NCBI GenBank assembly: GCA_947632565.1
Contig: CANRPT010000002.1
Location: 17,120 to 81,119 of the forward strand
DNA: 64,000 bases
Direction: 5' to 3'
Source of the DNA: an uncultured Bacilli bacterium
GTDB lineage: Bacteria; Bacillota_I; Bacilli_A; RF39; UBA660
A model generated the notes under the pieces. The model ran no database searches. It saw only the letters and a list, made by a program, of their open reading frames with translations, and was not told the origin of the DNA. Each line of letters starts with the position of its first letter. The first letter of the stretch is position 1. Positions 49,989 to 59,298 of the stretch are shown here, piece by piece. The translations under genes were made by a program, and so were the position numbers.

Positions 49989-50166
49989 ATTAAGTAACAA
50001 GTATAACATTCCATATCAAGTTATTGAAGTGATATGTAATAGCCCGTTTAAATTTACTAATCAGATCATAACAGATTTAGATCCTAAACCGGTAATGTTT
50101 GCTTACTTAGGGAAGATCAAGATAAAGAAGAGATATGAAGAAGACGCCAAAAATAGACATGTATGA
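49960..50166 (+). CDS. Hypothetical protein visible only with TAG as sense (68 codons)
   Basis: ATG 49960, TAG at 49969-49971. Then TSIYTKLSNKYNIPYQVIEVICNSPFKFTNQIITDLDPKPVMFAYLGKIKIKKRY..., ending at TGA 50164-50166. Confidence 0.45.
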
Positions 50167-50569
50167 TCCTCAGATATACCCTAGAAGACTATACGTAGCG
50201 GTAGAAGTTGAAGACTTACAGGAGCATTTCAAGGTATTAAGTACAGATGGTAAAGTTGAATTTACTGATGAGGAGGCTAAAGTAGACTTCTACGGTAGTA
50301 ACTATGCAATGGTGACTCGTTCTGTAATAAACAAGGAAGATGGCAAATATGGTGTATTAATTCAAGTACCTGATTTAGATGAGATGCAACAGTCTGATAT
50401 ATCACACGAGGCAGTACATGCTGCAGACTATATATATCAAGAACTAGGAATGTATACAGAAGATTTCAAGGATGGTAACGAAGGTTATGCTTACTTAGTA
50501 GGATGGATAGCTGGTTGTGTTAGTAAGAGTATAATTAAAGCAAAACAAAATGACAATAGAAGAGAGTAA
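50135..50569 (+). CDS. Hypothetical protein with HExxH (HEAVH) motif
   Basis: DISHEAVHAADYIYQELG suggests a possible small zincin. Confidence 0.45.
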   Translation: MKKTPKIDMYDPQIYPRRLYVAVEVEDLQEHFKVLSTDGKVEFTDEEAKVDFYGSNYAMVTRSVINKEDGKYGVLIQVPDLDEMQQSDISHEAVHAADYIYQELGMYTEDFKDGNEGYAYLVGWIAGCVSKSIIKAKQNDNRRE

Positions 50570-50954
50570 GGCGATGTGGAACATCGAGAAGAGTAATGTT
50601 GACCAAGTTAACTTTACTAAAGGTATGAAGGCTTTATATAAAGCCGTAGATAAAGTTATCGAAAATGGTATTATTACTTATGAAGACTTCACTAACGATA
50701 CTATTGATGAACTTACTACCCTAATGGTGCAAGAAGGTAAAGGAGAAATTGATACTGTAGATAGAGTAGAACAAATAGATCTAATGTGTAAGCGTTTAAC
50801 TAAGAGATATGAAGAAAAATATAACGCCAGAGAGCTTGGAACAGGAATTACAGAACTTTCAACAGATAGTGCAGAAGTATCAGACCCTGAAAAACTACAC
50901 GAATCCGAATGTATCACTGAGGAGAGCGTTAGCGATAATACAGAGGTTAAATAA
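50550..50954 (+). CDS. Hypothetical acidic protein
   Basis: Intact 134-aa ORF. Confidence 0.5.
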   Translation: MTIEESKAMWNIEKSNVDQVNFTKGMKALYKAVDKVIENGIITYEDFTNDTIDELTTLMVQEGKGEIDTVDRVEQIDLMCKRLTKRYEEKYNARELGTGITELSTDSAEVSDPEKLHESECITEESVSDNTEVK

Positions 50955-50987
50955 AGAGAAGTATTTAGGTTATAGAATTGATTGATT

Positions 50988-51359
50988 ATGGTAAAATATT
51001 GTGCAAAAGTAAATAATGCTAATATCTACAAAGTAGATTTTGAGAAAGAAGAATTCGAGTCTGTTAGTCACTTCAGTAGTGTTGACTATAGTTATATTAT
51101 GCCAGAGGATGGTATTTTAGAGATAACTGATAAGAATGGTAATAAGAAAACTATCGAAGTAAAACAGTATGATGTGTTACTTAGGATGTACAGTACTACT
51201 GGTGACTATGACGATAAAGAGTTCATAGTGATAGATAATCCAGAATTGAAGGACTATTATCGTAGAAGAATTGAGAGACTGGAAGCTGATAGAAAAGAAA
51301 GAGAAGCAGCAATGAATGAGAAATGTTGTTGTAATTGTGAATCTGTAGGAGCAGCATAA
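50988..51359 (+). CDS. Hypothetical protein
   Basis: ATG 50988 lies within ORF-track entry 50982-51359. Confidence 0.5.
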   Translation: MVKYCAKVNNANIYKVDFEKEEFESVSHFSSVDYSYIMPEDGILEITDKNGNKKTIEVKQYDVLLRMYSTTGDYDDKEFIVIDNPELKDYYRRRIERLEADRKEREAAMNEKCCCNCESVGAA

Positions 51360-51664
51360 TGGAAAAGATACTAGTAAATAGATATGGAGAAGCTATTAGT
51401 TTTAACACTGATCTAAATGCTATTACTCCAATGTTAGCCAACATTGATTGCCATATATACAAAGCTGAAACAGACGGGCAAGTAATTACTTCAGATGAAG
51501 TAATAGACATTAAAAAAGGAGAATTCGCTCTTGTTTGTGTATGCTGGAATAATGGTAAGAATGTTGTAAAAGCCATTGTAATATCAGATCCGGCAGCCAT
51601 ACACGACTTAGGAGAATGGTACGAATTTGAATTAAATAAGTATAAGTCAAATGAATCTCGTTGA
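51359..51664 (+). CDS. Hypothetical protein
   Basis: Intact 101-aa ORF with a stop/start overlap. Confidence 0.5.
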   Translation: MEKILVNRYGEAISFNTDLNAITPMLANIDCHIYKAETDGQVITSDEVIDIKKGEFALVCVCWNNGKNVVKAIVISDPAAIHDLGEWYEFELNKYKSNESR

Positions 51665-52184
51665 TATAGTAGGAGGTAAGGTTGTAATACACCCAGATCT
51701 GTATTTCATACCAGCATTCAAAAGACTATACGAACATGATACTTCGGAAGACAAAGTTCATCAAGAGCTTGTTATTACTTATATAGTACTTATGCATAAG
51801 TGGAGTAGCCCATATAAGAAGAGTATGGATGCTCATACTAGGGAAATAAGACTCAAAGAACAGGTATTCGAAGATCCAAACTATGAACTTACTGAAGAAG
51901 AAAAGGTAGCTGAACAGGAGTACATAGATTGGCAAAATACTAGAATACTAAAGATGCTAGATGCTCAAATGAACAAATTAGACTCAGTTACTAAGTGGTA
52001 TGAAGAGTCATTAGATGATTGTTTGGATGAGAAGAAGATCAAAGATCTACTAGCTGGAATGGGTTCTACAGCTAATACTATTAAGAGTATAGAAGCATTA
52101 AAATCTATGGTTCAAGCTGAGGAATTAACTATGGGTAAAGTAAAGGGGGATGCCAAGGTTAATCCTTATGAGTTGGCAGGATAA
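51651..52184 (+). CDS. Hypothetical protein
   Basis: Intact 177-aa ORF. It is the last sizeable gene before the tRNA/HNH/TerL cluster. Confidence 0.5.
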   Translation: MNLVDIVGGKVVIHPDLYFIPAFKRLYEHDTSEDKVHQELVITYIVLMHKWSSPYKKSMDAHTREIRLKEQVFEDPNYELTEEEKVAEQEYIDWQNTRILKMLDAQMNKLDSVTKWYEESLDDCLDEKKIKDLLAGMGSTANTIKSIEALKSMVQAEELTMGKVKGDAKVNPYELAG

Positions 52185-52243
52185 TACAGTTAAAGACAAC
52201 CAAAATTAAACAATACGTTTATAATAATATAATTTTGAATAAA

Positions 52244-52384
52244 ATGAAAAAGCAAGTAAATATTGTAATTGATATGAATAAAACCCAAGAAGAAGTATGG
52301 CAGCAGATGGAAGAAGCATATGCAGTTTTACATAAACTTGGTCAAAGAAAACCTTGGTATAAGAGACTGTTCTCTTGGTTTTGA
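52244..52384 (+). CDS. Possible 46-aa protein
   Basis: MKKQVNIVIDMNKTQEEVWQQMEEAYAVLHKLGQRKPWYKRLFSWF, with TGA stop. Confidence 0.3.
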   Translation: MKKQVNIVIDMNKTQEEVWQQMEEAYAVLHKLGQRKPWYKRLFSWF

Positions 52385-52429
52385 TATTTAAAAGTCTGAC
52401 AGGGACAGACATTAAATATTCCCTGGCAC

Positions 52430-52533
52430 GGGAGAGTGGCGGAATTGGTATACGGCAGTAGATTGACGGAAGCGCCCTAAAGTCGTCGTTAACAAAGCTC
52501 TTGGGTTTGAAAGTTCGAATCTTTCCTCTCCTG
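52430..52533 (+). tRNA. 104-nt tRNA-like element (Leu-like D-arm, canonical T-arm, no canonical anticodon arm)
   Basis: GGGAGAG-TG-GCGGAATTGGTATACGG..., then TGACG-[15-nt loop GAAGCGCCCTAAAGT]-CGTCG, then ...GAAAG-TTCGAAT-CTTTC-CTCTCCT-G. I tested every 5+7+5 window and none pairs. Confidence 0.4.
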
Positions 52534-52541
52534 CTTAATAT

Positions 52542-52620
52542 TCTCCTGTAGTGTATGAGATGCTTAGCACACAACTCTCTAAAAGTTGAGGATCTGGAGC
52601 AGAACCGGACGGGAGGACCA
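52542..52620 (+). tRNA. Candidate amber suppressor tRNA, anticodon CUA
   Basis: TCTCCTG-TA-GTGT-(12-nt loop)-GCAC-A-CAACT-CTCTAAA-AGTTG-AGGA-TCTGG-AGCAGAA-CCGGA-CGGGAGG-A-CCA. All four stems pair (two G-U in the acceptor). The anticodon loop CUCUAAA is canonical and the CCA end is encoded. The D and T loops are non-canonical. Confidence 0.6.
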
Positions 52621-52637
52621 ATTAATTTTATTTTATT

Positions 52638-53195
52638 ATGATAAAACCAGAAGAATTAGCCCTTATTAAGGGTTACACTGTTACAAAAGATGGAATTCTT
52701 TTAAACAGAAATGGAGTACAAGTAAAAGGTAGGATAAAAGATCGTAAGAGAGATTACTACAATTTCGATATAAGAATAGGACCTAGAAGAGAAAATAAGA
52801 AGGTACATTGTATGATTCACAGGTTACAAGCATATCAAAAGTTTGGTGATAAAATTTATGAAGATGGAATAGTAGTAAGACACTTGAATGGAGATAGATA
52901 TGATAATTCTTACGACAATATAGGAATAGGAACTATTAAAGACAATAAACACGACATTCCAAAAGAACTGATATCTATTAATTGCGGTCAAATACGTAGA
53001 AAATACTCTGCAGATATAGTAGAAAATATAAGAAAAGATAGAGAATCTGGTTTTACATATACTCAGTTAATGAATAAATATAATATATCTAGTAAAGGAA
53101 CTATGCATTATATTATATATAAAGAAGATACTCTATATAAAAGATACCCTAAAAGATACAGGTTAAGTAATTCACAAGATGGTAGACTTCAATAA
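52638..53195 (+). mobile_element. HNH homing endonuclease
   Basis: HCMIHRLQAYQKFG...VVRHLNGDRYDNSYDNIGIGTIKDNKHD. Free-standing, immediately upstream of TerL. Confidence 0.75.
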
Positions 53196-56100
53196 GTAGA
53201 TAAAAAACAGCGATAAGTTTAGACAGCCGGCTCTGAGGTTCCTCGAAGTCGGCTCTTATTGTTAGTACCCAGAAGGTACTTCAGAATATTATAAGTATTG
53301 GGATGAACAGATGGATAGATGTAAGAATGGTTATACAGCGGATGATGGAGATTTCATCAGTGGGTATAACTATTTTTATTTAAACTTCTGTCCTATTCAA
53401 AGAATTATCTATACTACTATAAACAATCCAGATGGATCTACTAAGATAAAAAAGACACGTGATCTATAGTTTCCAGACTTCTATGATTACGACTATTACT
53501 TCTTTCAAGCAGTAGAAGATGCTGAAGGAGAAGGTAAACATTTGTGTGCATTGAAGAGTCGACGCAAGGGTTACTCATATAAGAACGCTTCTATGGCATG
53601 CCGTAACTACTACTTATTCCCAGGTAGTAAGACATATATATATGCTAGTAATAAGCAGTATTTAACAGAAGACGGGATTCTTACTAAAGCATGGGACTAT
53701 ATGGACTTTATAGATAAGAATACAGCCTGGGGTAAAAAGAGGTCTGTTAATACTCAGATGCGTAAACGTGCCGGATTCTTTACTAAAGATGAGTATGGTA
53801 ATGAGATAGAATTAGGTTTCAAGTCAGAAATAATAGGTGTTACTCTAAAAGATAACCCTGACGTAGTTCGTGGTAAAGCTGGTAAGTTAATTATCTTTGA
53901 AGAAGCTGGTTCATTCTCAGAACTAGGTGCCGCATGGCAGATTGCTAGACCATCTGTAGAACAAGATGGTATGGCGTTCGGAACAATGATTGCATTTGGT
54001 ACAGGCGGTGACGAAGATAGCCATTTTGAGACTCTTAAAGATATGTTCTATAATCCTGATGGTTATAACTGTATAGGATTTGATAACATATGGGATGAAA
54101 CTCCATCAGACAAGAAGTGTGGATTCTTTATACCTCAGTATACTAATATGGACTTCCGTGACGATGCTGGTAACAGAATATACATGGATAATGATGGAAA
54201 TACGTTACGTAGAAAGTCCGTAGAGTATATATTAACTGAGCGTAGAAAAGTAATAGAAAATGCTACTAACTCTGTAGCAGTAGATAGATACGTTGCAGAA
54301 CACTGTTTAGACGGTGATACTTGGATTAGTACAGAAGATGGAGTAACAAGAATAAAGGATAATCCTAAAGCGTGGATATCGGGTGTAAAGGATGTATACA
54401 GATTAACTACAGAAGATGGAACGGAACTGTTACTTACAGACAATCATAAAATATTTGATGGTAAATAGTATAGGGAATTAAAAGATTACAAAGTAGGAGA
54501 TCCAATTAAATATTATAATACCGAATTCTCTGAAGTATATCAACACGTTTCTGTTCCTGGATTGATTCCTGCAACTAATACTTCTATATTGATAGATGAA
54601 GACTGGGGTAGATTTTTAGGATTATTTATGGGAGATGGGTTCTTTTATGGTCCAAGCGGAGCAATAGGATTAGTATTCGATAAATAGGATATAGACTCTA
54701 TAAAATGGGCAGAGGCTTTTTTCAATCTTAATTTTGGAGGTTGTAATAAAACTGAAATTGGAAAATTAAAAGGAGGAATAGAGTTACGGGTATCTAGAAA
54801 AGGATCTATAGAAATCTTTAAGGCTTTACAGTTGTTACGTTCTAATTCTAATGGTAATCTAATGAGAAGAGTATATATTCCTGAATATATATTAAAATCA
54901 CCGAAATCTGTAGTTTCTGCATTTTTATCTGGCCTATTTGATTCTGACGGATATTCTTCTAAAGATGGTAATCATGTAGGTTTCTTTAGCAAAGAAAAAT
55001 AGGTATTGTTAGATATGTAGTTCTTATTGAGAGGTTTTGACATTCACGCTTCTGTTAAATCTAGAAACTCTATAAATGGAAATGGATACACGTATATAGA
55101 AAACAAGTTAAACATACGAAAGATAGATATACCTAAGTTTAGAGAATAGATCGGATTTATAAGTTATAGAAAGAATGAGCACATCAAAGATACCAAACCT
55201 TCTAAGTCAATGCGTGATTACTCATATGGTAAAATAGTATCAATTGAATACATAAAAACTGATAAAGTGTGGGATATTAATACTATCACACACGCCCTAT
55301 CTGCTAATGGTGTTTGGGTACATAACTGTATAACGCCCTAGGAAGCATGTTTGGAGTTTGGTGGTAACATATTCCCTAAGAAAGAGTTATAGGAATAGTT
55401 AGCTACTATACGTACTAATAAACACTTAAGTAATCATAAATAGATTGGAGACTTGATATGGGAAAAAGATGGCACACTAAAGTGGGTGATTAAAAAAATT
55501 GGAGATATAACTCATTATCCATTAAAAAAGGACGATAATCCAACAGGAAGTATAGTTATATGGGAACATCCAGTTAAAGATGCTCCTATAGGTTTATATA
55601 TACTAGGCGTTGACCCTTATGATCATGATCAATCTGGTACTAATTCGTTGGGATCTACATTTGTTTATAAACGCTTTCAAGACTTCGAAAACTATTATGA
55701 TATTATTGTTGCTGAGTATACTGGCCGCCCATCTACAGCTGAAGAGTATTACGAAAATTTACGCAAGTTAGCCGTATATTATAATGGCAGAATCATGTAC
55801 GAGAATGAGCGCAAAGGCTTGTTCCCTTATTTTACTGCTAAGCATTGCGACTATTTGCTGGCTGACCAACCCGATATTATTTCCGATGTAGTTAGTAATT
55901 CCAAAGTACAAAGAAAAAAAGGTTGCCACATGAATAAATAGATCAAGCAATGGGGAGAAGGCTTGATTAAAGACTGGTTAAATGAAGAATAGGCTCCTGG
56001 TAAAAAGAACCTGCACAACATATTGTCAGAGCCGCTATTAGAAGAGCTTATAAGCTATAATGATACAGGAAACTTTGATAGAGTCATGGCGTTGATGCAG

Positions 56101-56253
56101 GTGATGATTTATAGAGAGTAGCTCTATAATGTGAAGGTTAAAGAGAAGAAAAAAGAGAATAAAAATAGGGTACTATTCGAAGGTCCTATTTTTACTCAAG
56201 AATGGTATCGTGACGACGATACTATTGATAATATAAAAGCATATATGTTTTAA
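53179..56253 (+). CDS. terL: Terminase large subunit, interrupted by an intein; TAG read as sense (start uncertain)
   Basis: Walker A-like ALKSRRKGYS, Walker B LIIFEEAG, AFGTGG, nuclease GVDPYDHD. Single frame (pos mod 3 = 1) from ATG 53179 to TAA 56251-56253, interrupted only by TAG codons. Confidence 0.8.
53225..53254 (+). other. 13-bp near-perfect hairpin in the predicted TerL 5' region
   Basis: AGCCGGCTCTGAGG-TT-CCTCGAAGTCGGCT. Confidence 0.5.
54304..55326 (+). mobile_element. Intein (341 codons) with LAGLIDADG homing endonuclease, inserted in TerL
   Basis: Begins with Cys in AEH|CLDGDTWIS and ends VWVHN|C. LAGLIDADG blocks GRFLGLFMGDGFF and VSAFLSGLFDSDGY. In frame with both exteins; contains 5 in-frame TAG. 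Confidence 0.8.
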
Positions 56254-56255
56254 CT

Positions 56256-58775
56256 ATGAAAAATATCAATCAATTTCCACTATAGAAACTACCTATGTCT
56301 AAAAAGACAGAAGACTGGAAGAAAAGTTGTGTAGACTATATAATTGGTAAAAGTCAAGGTGGTTCTAGAAATGGTAACAATAGAACTCGTAAAGAAGAGA
56401 TGTAGACATACTATGATTTGTATAATAGTATATACAATGAAAAAGATTTAAAGTATGTTACAAATCCATTTAAACAATAGGACGGGTTTCCAGCTATGGC
56501 TTAGGATTATAATATAATCAAACCCAAGATAGACCTGTTACTTGGAGAAGAGACTAAAAGACCATTTAATTTCAGAGTAGTTCGTACTAGTGAAATAGCT
56601 ACTAGTGAAATGCAAGATAAAGCTAAACAAATGTTGATAGACTATATTCAGGCTACTATTATGAGTAAACTGGGGCCAGAAGAACAAGCTAGATATCAAC
56701 AAGCTTTAGAGTCTGGAGAGATTATGCCTCCAGAATAGATACAAAAGTATATGAGTAAAGACTATAAGGATATTGCCGAAATAACTGCATACCATAGTCT
56801 AAATTATTTAAAGAATAAGTTAAATATTACTCATGAGTTCTTCAAAGGTTGGAAAGATGCCTTAATAGGAGGAGAAGAAATCTATTATGTAGGTATATTA
56901 AATGGAGAACCTTGTTTAGAACGAATCAATCCTCTGTATTTTGATTATGATACTGAAACATCAGATCTAGAATTTATTCATGATGCACAGTGGTGTGTCT
57001 ATGAAATGAAACTATCTGTTACTGACATATACGATAGATATTATGATAAATTGTCTGAAAAACAATTAAACGAGCTTCTAGATCTCATGAGTGACTCAGC
57101 AAAAGGAGGAGTTAATCCTGAGGTACGTAAAACTTCATTAGATTATCCTCATATTAAAACCCACACCATTAATGGTTTTAGTACTAATCCTTTTGAGGAC
57201 GGGAGTAACATAAGCGTATGGCATACATGTTGGCAAGGTTTTAAGAAAATAGGTTTCGTTACTATAACTGATCCAGAAACTGGAGAGCCTGTAGAATATG
57301 TAGTAGATGAGACTTACAATGTTACTGGTATGGAGTTAAATGTAGAATGGAAATGGATTATAGAGACATATGAAGGATATAGAGCTGGAGAAGATCTATA
57401 CTTCGGGATGGGTCCTATAGAATATCAATTTATATCAGCCGATAATCCCAATGCTTAGAGATTACCATATACTGGAGTGATATACAATAATACTAATAGT
57501 AAACCTAGATCTTTAGTAAGCATGATGAAACCATTACAGTATATGTATATTGTACTATGGTACCGTCTAGAATTAGCGATGGCTAGAGATAAAGGCAAAG
57601 TAGTGAATATGGATATTACTCAGATACCAAAGTCTATGAATATAGATGTATCCAAATGGATGCATTATTTGTCAGCTCTAGGGGTTAATTTTATCAACCC
57701 ATATGAAGAAGGTTGGGACATACCGGGTAGGGAAGGTGGTAAGCCTGCTCAATTTAATCAGATTACAGCGTTGGATCTTACTATGGCTAATACTATTAAT
57801 CAGTATATTATGTTAATGGATAAGATAGAATCTATGTTATCTGAAATATCTGGAGTAAGTAAGCAAAGGGAAGGTAGTATATCCTCTAATGAATTAGTAG
57901 GCAACGTAGAAAGATCTGTAGTATAGTCTGCTCATATTACTGAACCGTGGTTCTGGACTCATAATCAAGTAAAGAGAGAAGCCATTAGTATGCTTTTAAA
58001 CACTTCTAAGTGGGCTTGGAAAGATAATAAGACAAATCTATAGTACATATTAGATGATGCCACCAGGGCCTTTATAACATTGTCAGACAGCTTCTTCTAT
58101 GAGGATTATGACGTATTTGTTGAAGATACTACTAAAAATCAACAACAAATAGACGCACTTAAGAACCTCATGCAACCAGCTATGCAAAATGGAGCTAGCT
58201 TATTAGATATCACTGAAATCATTACTATGGATAATGTAACAATGATTAAAAATAAGCTTGAAGAAATTGAATAGAAGAGAATGGAACAACAACAAGCTAT
58301 GGAACAACAACAAGCCGAACGTGAACAATAGATGTTGCAGATGCAGAATGAGGTTAAAGAAGAAGAACTTATGCTTAAAGAAGCTGAAATGGATCTTAAG
58401 AAATATGAAATTGATTCTAACAATGCAACTAAGATTACTGTAGCTCAATTGAACGCTTATAGAGGTGCAGAGAACATGGATTAGGATAATGACGGTCAAA
58501 TTGACGTAATTGAAATTGGTAATTAGGCTTTACAGCAATAGAAAATTAATTCAGATGCAGCAAGTAAATAGCTGGAATTAAACAATAAGGCTAGAGAAGC
58601 TAAAATGAAGAAAGAAATAGAAGATAAAAAATTACAGCTAGAGAAAGATAGAATGAAACATGAAACAGAACTGCAAAAGCAAAAAGATGCAGAAGCATAT
58701 AAACGTGAACAACTTAAAGCCAAGACTGCATTAAAAAATAAAACTAACGCTGAAGCAGCTAGAAGTAAAAAATAA
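56256..58775 (+). CDS. Portal protein (839 codons), TAG read as sense
   Basis: ATG 56256. ORF-track fragments 56751, 57477 and 58080 share the frame. TAA at 58773-58775. Placed immediately after TerL, with a coiled-coil K/E/Q-rich C-terminus. Confidence 0.7.
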
Positions 58776-58833
58776 TTCTTATGAAAGAAGAATGGCGAAC
58801 AATTAAAGGGACGGATGATAGGAGAGAAGTAAT

Positions 58834-59250
58834 ATGAAAAAGATTTGGAAGTCTATTAAGAACACAGTATCATATATTTGGTAGCTACCTCAAAATATAT
58901 TAGGTGCAATACTCTGTTATATTTATTGTAGTGATGGAGATATATATGATTGGAATAAAGCTACTAGCGATGTGAAGGTAAACTGCTATTCTAAAAAGAT
59001 GAGAGGAGGAATCACATTAGGTAAATATATAATTATTGGAGACGCTAGTTATGCTTATCACGAATTTGGACATACTATCCAAAGTAAGATACTAGGTCCT
59101 TTGTATTTACTAGTGATAGGATTACCTTCTATAATTCATGCCGCATTACACAAACATGTATGCAAGAATAAAGACTACTATCACTTTTGGACTGAAAAGT
59201 GGGCTAATAACTTAGTAGATAAACATTATAAGAAGTTAAAGGAGGATTAA
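58834..59250 (+). CDS. Small hydrophobic protein with HExxH (HEFGH) motif; one in-frame TAG
   Basis: MKKIWKSIKNTVSYIW-Q-LPQNILGAILCYIY...AYHEFGHTIQSKILGPLYLLVIGLPSIIHAAL. Confidence 0.55.
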
Positions 59251-59298
59251 TTATGGGATGCAAGAAAGGCGGAAAGAAACCTGTAAAGAAATAAGGTT

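Noticed and set aside
49602-50166. Programmed frameshift linking ORF 49602-49988 to the start-less protein-like frame downstream
   Set aside because: Re-indexing showed an in-frame ATG at 49960 followed by TAG at 49969. Simple TAG readthrough explains the frame without a frameshift.
51223-52574. Minus-strand ORFs 51223-51600, 51510-51692, 51726-51935 and 52206-52574 in the rightward block
   Set aside because: They are antisense to plus-strand genes or overlap the tRNA-type genes, and no motifs were recognised.
58139-58723. ORFs 58139-58423, 58203-58499 and 58523-58723 (all minus strand), and 58258-58443 (plus strand)
   Set aside because: All lie within the recoded portal C-terminal coiled-coil region. 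They are low-complexity artefacts of the K/E/Q-rich repeats.
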